From NCBI RefSeq assembly GCF_006345805.1, contig NC_043005.1, positions 39,494,001 to 39,558,000 on the forward strand: a stretch of 64,000 nucleotides of DNA. The letters are read 5' to 3'. Below the pieces are notes generated by a model. It was not told the DNA's origin, ran no database searches, and saw nothing but the letters and a program-made list of their open reading frames with translations. Positions 37,661 through 52,079 of the stretch are shown piece after piece. This DNA comes from Octopus sinensis. Taxonomy: Eukaryota. The position numbers were made by a program, and so were the translations under genes. The first letter of the stretch is position 1, and each line of letters starts with the position of its first letter.

Positions 37661-38218
37661 ATGTATATTTATAAGGGTTCGGTTTAGAGCTTAGGATAAG
37701 ATTTACGTGTAACTGTTAGTGTTTAAGGTTAGGCTTTAAAATCGGCGTTTAGAGTTAGGGTTTAGAGATTGGGTTAGGGTTTCGAGTAGAGAAAGAGGAA
37801 TAAATTGTGAAGGAAATCTTTTAAAAAATTGAATTTGTGCAATATTTTTTCAGAATCCTTATTTTCCATAAATAGAAAAAGGAAGTCGGGAAAAAATTCC
37901 AAAAAGTAGACAAAATAAATTACGATTGAGGTACAAGTTCCTAATATTTATATCTATATTTTTATGTCTGTATCTATGTGTGTGTACTCTGTGTGTATGT
38001 GCATGTGTGTGAGTGTTTGAGTGCCTGTGTCTATGCGTATATGTATATATTATATGTAAATATATGTGTGTATGTGAGCATGCGTGTGAATTGCCGGAAT
38101 AAGAACTCCAAGAACAAGTTAAGCATATCATTAACTGCTTCTATACTAATCCGTTTTAAACGTTATCGTACGTAAATAATTTAGTAAAATGTTACGCAAT
38201 ATTGTAGGTCAATTCAGA

Positions 38219-38428
38219 CAGTGAGCTGGTAAAATCCCTTGGACATCAGGCGAAGCCCTTAGCGGTATTTCGTCCGTTTTTACGTTCTGAGTTCAAGTTC
38301 CACCGATGTCGATTTTGCCTTTTATCCTTTCGGGGTAAATAGATAAGTACCAAGAGTACTGGGGGTCGATGTAATCAACCTATCCCCTTCACCGAAATTT
38401 CTGGTCTTGTATCAAACTTTGAAGCCAA
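38219..38428 (+). mobile_element. tRNA-derived SINE (family A variant tail)
   Basis: gagctgg...ttacgttctgagttcaagttcc..cgatgtcgattttgcc...ggggtcgatgtaatc. Confidence 0.8.
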
Positions 38429-38490
38429 TATTTGCAGTCGGTTACATTGAAGTGTAACTTCATCAGAGTTGCATTTTAAAACGTGCTTAG

Positions 38491-39470
38491 ATGAGAGTCG
38501 GCTGAAAAGTTCATAGGTTGACCAAGAGAACCTCATAAAATATGACCATACGAGGTTTATTTTTTAACATAGTCCCCTTTATGGTCCACACACTTTTTTC
38601 ATCGGTAATGCTGTGTTTGAATCTTATTGGTGAAGAAGCTTTCAACCTGTTATTTAAACAAGTCATCAACAGCAGATACGACGTTACCATCAATTCGATA
38701 ATGCTTGCTAGTCAAGTGCCGTTAGATGTTAGAGAACAGATGATAGTCAGATGGGGCCAAATCAGAAGACTAGGGAGGATGATCAAACTGTTTCAAACCA
38801 CACTCACGCACAACAGCCATTGAAACTTATGTTCTGTGCCCTGGAGCATTGTCGTGATGAAACAAGACCCCTTTCGTCAGTTTTCCTCAGTATATTTTCT
38901 TATTAGCTTTTCATAATTACCTAAGTAAGTTGACATAGTATTTTCCATTGATGGTGTGGCCCATTTGCAGATAGTCAATTAGCACAATGTCTTTTGTATC
39001 ACAAAAAAAAAAGGTTCATCATCTTCTCTGCAGATGAAACCACGCTAGCCTTCTTTGGAGAAGGTTACGAGGGGTGTTTCCACCGCATGATTTGTCTCTT
39101 TGTCTCTGTCTCAAAGTGATGAAGCCAACACTCATCCTGAGTTAGGATACATTCAAAGAAACCAGCTGTATCAATCTAAAACAACGTCAGATTTTCCCGT
39201 GATGTGATATGCTTGGTGTATTTTTTATCAGGAGCCAGAAGATGTGGCACCCACGAAGCAGAAACCTTCGGCATGCCAGGTTTATTGTACAGCATATTCA
39301 GAACTCCCTCACGGGATATACTAATAGTACTGGGTATTTAATTTATAATCAATCACCTGAGATGAAACAATGCAGTTGTCAATAAGGGTTGAAATTAATG
39401 CATGCAAGATTTCACAGCTGTAGCATCACTCTTCTATTGTCAGCCAATGAATTTTCAACCCACCTTCGTA
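38491..39470 (-). mobile_element. Degraded mariner relic (~980 bp)
   Basis: Imperfect TIRs (gagagtcggctgaaaagttcatagg.tgac / gaaggtgggttgaaaattcattggctgac); minus-strand GVLFHHDNAP and SSDLAPSDYHLF remnants. Confidence 0.8.
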
Positions 39471-39510
39471 TGTGAGGTTGAGAATGTTTGCCTGTGTATA
39501 TATATATGTT

Positions 39511-39551
<41 letters not shown>

Positions 39552-39863
39552 CTTTGTGTATATATATGCATATTTCATATGCAATTATATACGTAAACAC
39601 ACACACACACACGCACATATACATATACATATATATCGGATGTGTTGTCACGGCTGGAATGATTTTATGTTATTTTATATTAGAATATTAAAACGCTAGT
39701 AAAATTTTACGGTGTACAAAAGAGCAGTCTCTCTCTTCTCGATACAAAGAATAAAACCATTGAGTTTCATATAACAAATTTATACAGAACTATTGCCTTG
39801 ATATTTATTGAACAATACATTGGACACCGCCTGCATACTTTATTTCCGGGTAACGTCATTCAA

Positions 39864-39914
<51 letters not shown>

Positions 39915-40499
39915 GTATGTATATATATATATATATACATGTATGTATGTATGTATGTATGTATGTACATATATGTGTGTGTATATATATATATATATAT
40001 TTGCATATATAGGCATACATAGATACATATATATATAGGTATGTATGTTTGTATGTATGTATCTATAAATAATTAAGGAGGCTTTTTCGCAAATTATAAC
40101 CAAATGGCACAAGTATAGCCGTCTGACTAGTACTTTTAGTTACCTTAGTTACGTCTATATGTGTGTGTGTCTGTGTGTGAGTGTGTGTGCGTGTGTATTC
40201 ACACCTATACATACATTCATACATGCATATACATATATACACACACATATATGTATAAATGCATATATTACGTAATAGTAATTTTGCAATCTCTGTTTCA
40301 TTTCTTTCTTTGTCAATCACGTTCCTTTGATTTTCGTGCCGTTAAATCAAAACTCGGAGTAAATTCTTTACAGTATTTAGATTCCACTGTCGTTGTTCTA
40401 AATATTTTTATCTCGATGCGATCGATACACAATAAGTAGCAGTCAGCTACATCTTGCAATTGATTCAATCGATTTTCTTTCTTTGCTTACAGATCTGTG

Positions 40500-40964
40500 G
40501 CCTTGCACCAATGTAATAAATCATCATCATCAACGTCATGATCCTCATCGTCATCATCATAATATAAATTATGGTCATGGCCATCATCATTATCATCATC
40601 TCACCACCACCACCATATTCATCGTTGTCATCATCGTCATTTTCATCATCAAAATTATTGTCATTGCCATCATCTCATAATCATCATCGCCATCACCACC
40701 ACCACAACCACCACCAGCAACAACAACAACGTCGTCGTCGTTGTCGTTGTTGTCATCGTTGTCATCATCATCTTTATCATCATTATTAATGTTATTGGGG
40801 TCGTCCTTATTCTTACGGTCATAATTCTTCTTATTAGTATTATTGTTAGTATTATTATATTATCACTGATATTATCATAATCATAACGATCATCATCATC
40901 AACATCATCATCATCATCATCATCATCATCATTGTCATCATCATCATCATCATTATCATTATTA

Positions 40965-40996
<32 letters not shown>

Positions 40997-41039
40997 CATC
41001 ATCATCATCGTCATCATTATTATTATCATTATTATTATT

Positions 41040-41110
<71 letters not shown>

Positions 41111-41900
41111 CTTTTTTATTATTATTATTATCGTTTCATAATTTGCCTCGTGTGAGCTTCTTTCCTATGACAGATACTATAAATATTGCTATTACTGTCA
41201 TTGATGTTGTCCTCGTTATTATATTAAGAAAAATGTAAGACTGGTACATAGAGAGAAGAAAATAAATTCAAATAATAAATAACAAAACGTATCAATATCA
41301 TTAATATCAATCATGTTCATGTTCATCAATCATCCTCATCACCCTCATCATCATCATCATCATCATCATCATCTTTATTATCGTTAACAAGGTCCATTAC
41401 AATATACGTATATCATTAGTTTTTTTTTGGTAGCTTTTGTTGTTGTTGTTTTTAGCACGTCTGTCTTTATGTTCTGAGCTCAGGTTCTGGTGAGGTCGAC
41501 TTGGACTTTCAACCCTTTGGTGGTGTTTAAAACAAGGACCAGCCAAGTACTGCGGTGAGTGTAATCCATTAGCTCCCTCCCCATAAATTTCACGCTCTGT
41601 ACCTACAGTAAAAGTCGTTGTTATTGTTGCTGTTGTTGTTGTTATTACTATTATTATTATCATAATCATAACCATCATCATTATCCACATGAACATTATT
41701 ATTATTACTATTATTATTATTATTATTATTATTATCATTATTATTATTATTATTATTATGCCACATCATCATTGCAATTATTATTTGTAGTATTATATTT
41801 ATTACCGTTAGAGTTATTACAATTATTGTTATCACTATCATTATTGCTGTTATTGCAATGGTTGTTATTATTAGTATTAATAATATCATTTTTTCAAAGG
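40500..41900. repeat. Compound trinucleotide tract (CAT/ATT/GTT)n with an embedded degraded family-A SINE (~41465-41610)
   Basis: Direct reading; the SINE core gttctgagctcagg...gaggtcgactt is visible. Confidence 0.9.
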
Positions 41901-42265
41901 ATTTACTACTTTGTTAGTGTTGTGGATGAAGAAACGAAAGGAAAAGCTCGAAACTAAAAAAATATCGAAAAAGTAAACATCAAAATAAACGTTAAAGAAA
42001 GGAGTTAGGAGCAAACAAAAATAAATATATTCACATATAAACACACATGATATATATGTCTACATATATACACGCACACACACACACACACACATATATA
42101 TATAAATATACGCACACACGCATGTATATATATACATACTTTTGTTTGCATGTATATATATATATATATAAAGACATATACATGTGTGTATTTATGTGTA
42201 TGTATAGATGTGTTTTAAAATATTGGTATATAAATGCATAGAAATATATATAAACATATACTTAC

Positions 42266-42299
<34 letters not shown>

Positions 42300-43002
42300 C
42301 GCTAGAGAGACTCACAGAGGAATACAGAAAGAAGGGGACGTGTGTGGTGTGTATATATAAATAAAAAATAACAAAAGAATAACAATAATAATAACATGAA
42401 ATTCAAACGAAATCTAAATATTCCTTCATTTTGCTAAAATGTGGAGTCATCCGTTAAAAATGGTCTCGGACAGTTTATACAAATCTCATTGAGGTTCTAA
42501 TACCAAAATAACATTTGTTCTTATTATTTTGTGCCAAGCAATAAACTAGCTTCTATATTTTTCACTAAAAATGTTACTTAAAGGAAGTAAACATAACAGA
42601 GAGGGAAAAATCATATTAATCAAATGTAGCTATCTTTTTTTTTATATCTTCTTCTGAGCATTATTTTTCCCATTTTTTTATTCCTATCCGTCGTTGGAGA
42701 TTTGGTCATTTAAAAAAAAAATTATATTATATTAGTTTGTGCTCTTTTTGACAATTCTATCTTTTTTCATTTTTCAAAATTAAAATTAACATGAATAACC
42801 ATAAAGCGTATAGGTATGTGCGTGTGTGTGTGTTAGCGCGCGTGTATGTATATGGGTTTACACATAAATGGGTTTACACATATATACATAAAAATATATA
42901 TGTTTATACCTATAAATCTATACATATATATTTATACATATATAATATATATATATATATATACATATTTGTGTGTGTTTGTGTGTGTATTTATGCACAT
43001 AC

Positions 43003-43073
<71 letters not shown>

Positions 43074-43075
<2 letters not shown>

Positions 43076-43263
43076 TTACTGGGTGCGATGTTTTGTGGAA
43101 AACAGAAACACCTGTAGTTGATGAGACATCTTAATTTAGTTGATTAAGCCAATAACTATTAAGACTGCTCTATACTTAGCTAGGTGTTAGTTGGGGCTAT
43201 GTAGACTTTTTGAGGTATATAAGATATAAAAGTATGTGAATATATCTATGTGTGTGTGTTTTT

Positions 43264-43314
<51 letters not shown>

Positions 43315-43500
43315 ATATATATATATATATACTTACTGGGTGCGATGTTTTGTGGAAAACAGAAACAACTGTATTTGATGAGACATCTTAATTTAGTTGA
43401 TTAAGCCAATAACTAATAAGACTGCTCTATACTTAGCTATGTAGACTTTTTGAGGTATATAAGAATATAAAAGTATGTGAATATATCTATGTGTGTGTGT
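43074..43500 (+). repeat. Tandem duplication (period 257 bp)
   Basis: acttactgggtgcgatg... occurs twice; three substitutions and a short deletion between gcta repeats in copy 2. Confidence 0.9.
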
Positions 43501-43786
43501 TTGTGTGAGTGTCTTTGTGCGTACGTATTGGTCCGTATGTGTGTGTCGACGTGTGAATGTTTCTATGCTTATAGATCTGCATTTAATACATATGAATGTG
43601 TGTGTGTGTGTGCGCGCGTATAAAGTTTTCATTTCATTAAACAGATAAGCAGAGTGTTGGTTTGGAATATAAAGTGGTTTAAACGTTTGTAATATAACAG
43701 CTCGAAATACCATCTGACGAGCAATTAATGAAGAAACTTTGAATTCCCAGCCCCTCTGATTATGTTGAAAATATAAAATTAAGAGT

Positions 43787-43828
<42 letters not shown>

Positions 43829-43881
43829 TCCATTGTATTCTTCTTGTATCACATTATGACGGCAATGTTTCTTAAAATCAT

Positions 43882-43930
<49 letters not shown>

Positions 43931-44000
43931 TACATATATTATATATGTATACATATACACACACACACACACTATATATATATATATAATATATATATAT

Positions 44001-44060
<60 letters not shown>

Positions 44061-44305
44061 GTAGGTAGACAGATAGATAGATAGATAGAATAATAGATAG
44101 ATCCAATACAAGCAAACAAGCACTTCTTATACAGATGTAAAACCTCCAATTTTCACTGGATAACTGTTTATTTTCTAATATAGTTGAAAAATGTTTTTCC
44201 AATGCAAATATGTAATATATACACAATATACAATATTAAAAGGAAAATGGATAGTTTAAACTGATAATGCTAATTTATTAACATAATATTGTATTATTTT
44301 TATTA

Positions 44306-44363
<58 letters not shown>

Positions 44364-45353
44364 CATCATTATTATTATTATTATTATTATTTTATAAAAA
44401 TAAATATAATCCTTACAGTTGTTTCATTTCAAACTCAAAATCCAAAAGTTTATATTATGGAAATATTTGAGCAAGTATCTCATCAGGGAAAACTGAACGA
44501 AAATCACACATAAGAAGTTTGAGATCGTAAAACAGAATGAATCAATATATGTTTATGTTTGTAAGTGTGAGCGTCAATAATTAATTTTTTTTTAAATAAA
44601 TAAATAAAAACTGATATAACGGTTATAACATCCGTGTGCATATTTAAGAATACAATTTCTACGCGTTAGTATTTTAAAACAGAAACAATTCGTCATTAAT
44701 CTATGGAAAGACAATAAATATCGACTTTCAGTTCTCTACTATTAATAAAATTACATAATATCATAAATAATTTTAATTAATTTTATCAATCATATTATAG
44801 TCGTTATTTATTAACCATACTAATGAGTACGTGAAGAATTCAATCAAAATTTACTTAGCTTTTTTAAAAAGGAAATAAATTCATGTAAGTAGCTATAGTT
44901 TCGAAAGAAATACAAGAACCGCAGAACACATATTATCATAATACAGATTGGCTAAACAAAAAACACCAATATTTATTATTTACACAAAAATTTATCCAGA
45001 AAAATACCCTTCACCCTCACCACGCCTAGACTATATTATTATATAATAAATTCCACTGTAATCATTTTTTGTTATTTGTAATAACATGTAAGTTGAATGA
45101 TTTAAAATAATTTAATAAAAAGTTTCGTATTTTTATGGGAAAATAAACTCATGTAAATTTATGTTTTTATGTTTATGTATTCATACGTGCGAAAAAAACA
45201 AAAAAAAACAATTACATATTATTTTAATTAAATTTACTAAAGGTATTATTTTCAAACAACGCTTTATGTTGTAGTTATTAGCTAATGGCAAATCTGTTTA
45301 TATAAATACGATAAGCCTTACGATCAATTTATTCAATATGTACCAAATCGCAT

Positions 45354-46234
45354 ATTACATGGGAAAATGTGAACAAGAGAAATACTATTAAGATTATAAA
45401 CCTGGAAAATTACAGGACAATTTATTACACTTGGAAAAGTTCAGGACAACATATTACAATTAGTAAAGAACATTTTTACTTAAGAACAAGGACATTTTTA
45501 CTTAAAATATTGCAGGTAGGGATAACATTTCAAATACACTATTTAGATTTTTAAAATATTAGCCTTTATTAAAACTAAAAATTTTATTACAAGTTATTCT
45601 TCTATTTGTTATTACTTGTTACTTCTAACGGAAATAACAATAATAACTCATAATATTTTTTGCACTTGAAAAATTCATTTTTTAGAAATATTAATTAATA
45701 ATTAAAAATTTGAAAATAGGTTATAAAAAATAATAGTAGTACATAATTAGTTAGTACAATAAATAGAATAATACAAAACTTAGTTATATATTACTGTAAA
45801 ATCTACCTTTAACAACAAATTCACAGTAAAATTTGCTTGAGTTATTCCCTAAGTTCTTGCCAAGTCTTCATGTTTTTAGTGTAGATCCAATGCCTACTTT
45901 CTACATAATGATTTTGCCTACCAAAGTAGAATACTTTGCATAAAACTTTAACTATATCGGTACTTCTGGCTCTCGTTTTTGAAGTATTCTAGTGTTTTAA
46001 TATTCCAACAAAATGATGGTCCCTGTTTTAATTATAATGTTAATTTGGAAATTAAAATCAAATAATTTCTAATATTCAAATTTTATCCATAGCTGCAATA
46101 TTTTAAGTAAAAATGTTCTTTTCCTGATGTAATAAGTTGCCCTGAACTTTTCCAAATGTAATAACTTGTGCTGTAATTTTCCATGTATATAATCTTAAGT
46201 ATATTATTTCTCTTGCACGCATTTTCCATGTAAT
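45354..46234. repeat. Diverged inverted repeat (arms ~45354-45535 and ~46075-46234) with 29-bp subrepeats
   Basis: Arms align at roughly 80% by eye; left-arm subunits ggaaaattacaggacaatttattacactt and ggaaaagttcaggacaacatattacaatt. Confidence 0.8.
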
Positions 46235-47016
46235 CTATGTTTTTTCCAGGCTATGCTATTATGCTAATTAATAATGTGTCAAATGTCTCAATTAGCGGTG
46301 TCGTTGATAATTTTTCCTTACCTCAATAACGCCGGTGACATATATTAAAAATCCCTTTATAGAACTATATTCATAAAAATGTACAGAACTATATTATCAA
46401 CCTCAAATTTGAGAAACAAACACTCAAACTTTTGCTTTTAAAACATCATTGCATGAGATTGATGGCATGAAATTCCTCGAACTCAATTATATTTAAACTT
46501 AATTAAAATATAGTTTCTTTTTAGAATAAAAAAGTTAATTATACTTAAATCCAATGTTTTGCCTCATATCTTTTCATGATATTTTAAATAACAAATTTTT
46601 TTATACACATTTTTATAGCATGGGCCTAAAACTATAATATTCTTCATGAATTCTTCGATCATTGAAGATAAATATATTGTACTTTTAAAATAAAAGAGTT
46701 ATTTAGATCTAAACTTAGTGGCGTTACTTACTCTCCTATAATGTTGCAACAAATGTTGATGTAAACTTTTCGTACGGGATCAAATCTCAATTTCTTTATG
46801 CTAAAATGTAGCTAGGGAGCAGAACTTTTCAAAATGTTAACTGTTTTCAATTTGGTCGAGAAGTGAATTAGCGACAAGCTCTGAAAGATGCTGCATGTGA
46901 GTAAATTGCGGCCTTAAGAATATTATTCAGCTACACCAGTAGTCGAATGATTATTTTATTTATCATTTATTTAACATATGTAAGTTTAAACTCTCCATTT
47001 TCCCCTTATATATATA

Positions 47017-47540
47017 CTAGCAGTATTGCCCGGCTCAACTGGGATTTCAGGGAGTCGCTGGCGATGTATCGTGATGATCAAAAATACGGCCTGCTAAAAT
47101 TTGGTTAAAGGGATTCAAACTGCAGACTCAACGCAAAATGATCACATTTAATTCAAAGCGTTAAAAATGTTATGAAAACAATTGGTATGTGTTCACGAAG
47201 TCCAAACGATTAATACGAAAAAACCCTCCAGGCTACATCCCGAAAATTCATTTCTTTGCCGAATTTCTACAATGTTTACGGCGATTCGTTTTTATATCTT
47301 GGTTTTTTATTTTTCATGCAATTTACGCATGCTTGCACGCGTGGTGAACACAGTTCACGTCAAACAGCTGACTGAGTAAAGTTCACTATTCAATGCATGG
47401 GATAAGGCCTAAACAAATACATTATCGATTTTTGCACTTGCGAGATGAATTTCGGAACAGAAATAGCGCAGTTCAATTTTCATTTGCCTAAACTTTAAGT
47501 GACCTATTTTTTGTGGTTCTACGTTTTGTTGGCTAGGAGA
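47017..47540 (-). mobile_element. Helitron-like element 3' end (minus); extent uncertain
   Basis: Minus strand CCCAGTTGAGCCGGG-CAATACTG-CTAG|T matches the family terminus. Confidence 0.55.
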
Positions 47541-47587
47541 TGTGCCGGGAAGTTAAACACACAGACACACAAGTTGAGTTTTATATA

Positions 47588-47629
<42 letters not shown>

Positions 47630-47954
47630 ACATATCTATATATACATATATAGATACATAGATATATTGATAGATATTGTATATATGTATGTATAATTGC
47701 GCACGCATGCATATATACACAGATTATTTTCGAATGAATACACACACATATGTATGTAGACACATAAATATATATGTATGTGTGTACGCTTATATATATG
47801 TATGTGCTTGTGTGTACATATATGTATACATATCATATATATGTACACTAATATATCTACATATATTAATATATGAGTGTGTGTGTGTATACAATAACGA
47901 ACATACAGAGAAAGTGTGTGAGAAAATTAGAGAAGGTGAAGGAGATAGAAACAT

Positions 47955-47985
<31 letters not shown>

Positions 47986-48026
47986 TAGATAGATAGATAG
48001 ATAGAGAGATAGATAGAGAGATAGAG

Positions 48027-48097
<71 letters not shown>

Positions 48098-48106
48098 CAG
48101 ATAGAC

Positions 48107-48143
<37 letters not shown>

Positions 48144-48165
48144 CATAGATACATAGAGAGAGAGA
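47955..48165. repeat. (GACA)n/(GATA)n microsatellite
   Basis: Direct reading; similar tracts at ~44000-44100, 56310-56412 and 62595-62822. Confidence 0.97.
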
Positions 48166-48359
48166 TTCATAGGTATATGCCATTACATTTGAATGTATGC
48201 ATGTATGTGCTATGAATATGTTTATGAGTACATGAATGCATATACTATGGATGCATGTACGTATATATCTATGTATGTAGGTATGTGTGTGTGTTTACGA
48301 ATGTATATATGTATATATTTATATATATATAATATATTATATATATATATATGTACATA

Positions 48360-48700
48360 TTCTTTTACTCTTTTATTTGTTTCATTCAATGACCACCACC
48401 TTAAAGTGTTTTAGTAAACGAAATCGACCCCAGGTCTTCATCTTTATAAGCCTAGTATTTAGTCTATCGGCTATTTTGCCGATACTCAACGTTACGGGGA
48501 CGTACACACACCAACATCGGTTGTCAAGCGATGGTGGACAAATACAGACACAAAGACGCACATAGCAAATTCACTCGCAAGACTTTGGTCGACCCGAAGC
48601 TATAGTAGAAGACACTTGCCCAAAGATGCCACGTAGTGGACTGAACCCGGAGCCTTATGGTTCGGAGGCAAGCTTATTACCACACAACCACACCTGCGCT
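48360..48700 (-). mobile_element. Composite SINE family B, near full length
   Basis: Tail tcttttactctttta, 3' half, and head gacacttgcccaaagatgcc.cg.agtgg.ctgaacccgg..ccacacaacc all present. Confidence 0.88.
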
Positions 48701-49615
48701 TACATATACACATATATTTACATGTATATATGTATACATATAACCAGCCATCGTACAAAAAATTATTATTTTAGGAAGCCAATACATGGAAACTCACGAA
48801 ATACAATTAATCCTCGTATATCCTTTTTGGTTCCAGCTGGTGACTTTTCCCGGTTAGATTTTCTGTGGTGTAATTACTCTCACATTAGAAGGATTGTCTT
48901 TCAGTAACGTCTGATGTACTCGGATACAGCTATAGGAATAACACTATATTACTAATAGCAAATGTTACACGAAAACGTTTTGTGGAATTTTCTTAGATGG
49001 TTTTAATATAGTTTGATTAAATTAAGTCCGGACTGCTATTTCTCGCCTTAATTTTTTATTCTACTCGCTTACTTCAAATGTAATATAATCTTAATCCATT
49101 AAACCGATTTTAAAATGTTATTGGCATACTATAGAGACATTTCAATGTTTCGACTTAATTTCAAGCTAATCTGAGTCGCGTAGATTAATTGTCATTGCTT
49201 AAAAGAACAGCGAAACAACGTTGATGAAACAAAAACAGAAAGCTTTAAAAGCGGATTGCATTATCTACTCTATTAGCTGTGACTTCCTCATTTAACATAC
49301 CATTAAAATATTGAATTATACTTAAATGGTGTACTTTATGGATTCGTAATTCTAATGGTCCTTAAAATGGACTACTGAAATGTACAGGAAATTGTTGATG
49401 AAATGATCCTAAGATATCAAAGGCTGAAACCTTATTTTAATAACTGAAACCTTATTTTAATAACTGAAACTTATAAGTAAGTATGTCTGTGCGTATGTAT
49501 GTGTGTATATGTAAGTGTATATATATATATATTATATATTATATATATATATATATAAATGGCGGTGCCCAAGCATGGCCACAGCTCATGAGCTGAAACT
49601 AGAATCAATCAATCA

Positions 49616-49654
<39 letters not shown>

Positions 49655-51021
49655 CTATATATATATATGTGTGAATATATATATGTATATATGTATATGT
49701 ATATATATACGCACATATATATGTACATATATATACACCTATACATACATATATATATATATATATATTATATGTGTGTGTGTGTATGTATATACATATA
49801 GATATAATACATATATTCTTTATTATTCTATCATGTGAATATGTATACGTATGTATGTATGTATGCATGCATGTATATAATACTTTTGTATAGGGTTATA
49901 GGAATTCAATCTTAATAACTAAATATGTTTCACATTTAAATAACAATAAGCTGTGAACTTAATTACAATGCAATGAAATATAAATTAGTATCGTGTGATC
50001 TTCTACTGTGAATGGGTTGATATAAACAGACACATCGGCTTATTCGGTACTTGGACAATAAAGAATCAACTGGAAGCCGACCAATTTCAGAGGATCGAAT
50101 GTAACTGCATAAATCACACACAAAAAGTTTTTGTTTAGTTTAAGCAATATCACTTCATAATATTTAATTTCAAAGTAGGAAAGACATGTGGAATCTTAGA
50201 AGAAGCAGGATTCTCAGTTTTATTAAAATGTTATTGAAAGCCAGGGCATTGAAATAGTATTAAACTATCAGATAAATTGCAGCACAATTTTAATCAAGAA
50301 AATTAATAAAATGTAATGTAAAATACTGGTTTTTCTAACAAGACACGAGGCTTTGAATATCCACGGCGCCATTTTTCTAATGGTGTGCAGTGGCTTTTCT
50401 GTCGTTCAATGCGCCTCCAATATGTTCGTGGGATTTTTGTTTTTATTTTATTTCTTCATTTATACATTTATTTATTTTTGCCTTATCGGTTTTCATTGAA
50501 TCAACTTAAACGTCGAACTCTGGTAAAATGGCCTGGCACCGAATAAGATAAAATTAATGGATATGGTCGTGTTAATGTTGCTGTCTCTCCCAGGTCAAAT
50601 GGTTCCAACTGAGGAGCAGTATATACACAGTGTGGTTCACAAATCCCTTTGGCGTTTTAATGTTATATAAAATCTATATATATAAAGTCTTACCGTATGT
50701 TTTTAATACAAATTTTGGTGTATATATATATATATATATATATATACATACATACATACATATATATATAATAATATATTATATTATATTTATATTATAT
50801 AATATGTTATACTATATTATAACATTATACATAATTCTTTTTATTCGATATTTTAGAATAATATCATTGCCTTAAAATGAGAGATATTTGCAGTTCGAAA
50901 ATGGCGTAAAATTAATTCCTATCGAATTATCTGTTCATACTTAGATCAATAACAAGGATAACACAAGAGATACTCGGAGTAGCATGAGTCTGACTCGACT
51001 GAAATAACATATATTCTTTTC

Positions 51022-51217
51022 TACTATTGGCATAAGGCCCGAAATTTTGGGGGAGGAGATGAGTCGATTAGATCGACCCCAGTACGGAACTGGTACTTAA
51101 TTTATCGACCCGAAGCGATGAAAGGCAAAGTCGACCTCAGTGGAATTTGAACTCAGAGCATAAAGACAGACGAAATACCGCTAAGCATTTCGCCCGGCGT
51201 GCTAACGTTTCTGCCAC
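51022..51217 (-). mobile_element. tRNA-derived SINE (family A variant)
   Basis: gaaaggcaaagtcgacctcagtggaatttgaactcagagc...ctaagcatttcgcccggcgtgctaacg. Confidence 0.9.
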
Positions 51218-51244
51218 ATTTCAAATAACGTATGTTAATCTCTA

Positions 51245-51510
51245 CTATGTGAAGGAGCTTGACTCTGTAGTTAGGGTGTTCGGCTTGCGATTGTAAGGTC
51301 TGGAGGTCAATATCCAACGGCATGTTGTGTCCTTGAGCATGATATTTTATTTCACGTTACCCCTGTCCATTCAGCTGATAAAAATTAGTAACACCTGTAT
51401 TTCAAAGGGTCGACCTTGTCACATTCTATGTGTTCTCTCTCAGAACTATGTAAAGGTCTGCCGTGCTCAACCACTTGATCGAATCAACTGTAACACTCGT
51501 CTCCGTACAG
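51245..51510 (+). mobile_element. tRNA-derived SINE (family C)
   Basis: Head gtagttagggtgttcggcttgcgattgtaagg and central gttgtgtccttgagca block. Confidence 0.65.
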
Positions 51511-52079
51511 TACAGAGTGTCAGTTAATCTGTACTATGGTATTGACTGCAGTCGCCATATTTTATTCAATAAGTACCATAATTGGGCTGTTATCTAACAC
51601 GACATTCGGTTAGTATGCCTAATCTATTGACAAATATACTCGGTATATTAGTTTAAATGTTTGTGGCATATTTCAACTGCTAAAAGGCAAATTCATTACA
51701 GTTAATAGAGAAAATAACTAACCTGTACTAAACTAAATTTTCCTTATGCCTAAAAACTGCTTGGCGCTTATATTTTGTTATTTAATATGATCGGCCATCC
51801 ACCTGAACAAATAAGTCAACGTTGTTGATTGTATTGCACATAATGCTATTGCTTTATAATATGTAATCTCTCATAGTTACCTCCCATCGATAAAAGTCAA
51901 CTAACTAGAAACATCGATATCTGGGAGTACTGATAGATGGTGACACTGAACAAATGGGGTGTTTTCACACCTTTTTACCATAAGAGAAATATTTTCTCTA
52001 AGGTAACTGCAGTGAATTTACCTTTTAACAGTTGGAATATGTCACAAATATATTTTAACTAACCTAAACACTGCTTGGC

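Noticed and set aside
38432-38472. CTGATGA plus a 6-bp hairpin on the minus strand; similar partial motifs at 16865-16900, 43722-43750, 60695-60740 and 62437-62460
   Set aside because: GAAA, the cleavage triplet or stem I is missing, so at most these are decayed relics and were not counted
44520-46960. Possible mitochondrial insertion (NUMT)
   Set aside because: AT content is suggestive, but no mitochondrial rRNA, tRNA or protein motif could be recognised on either strand
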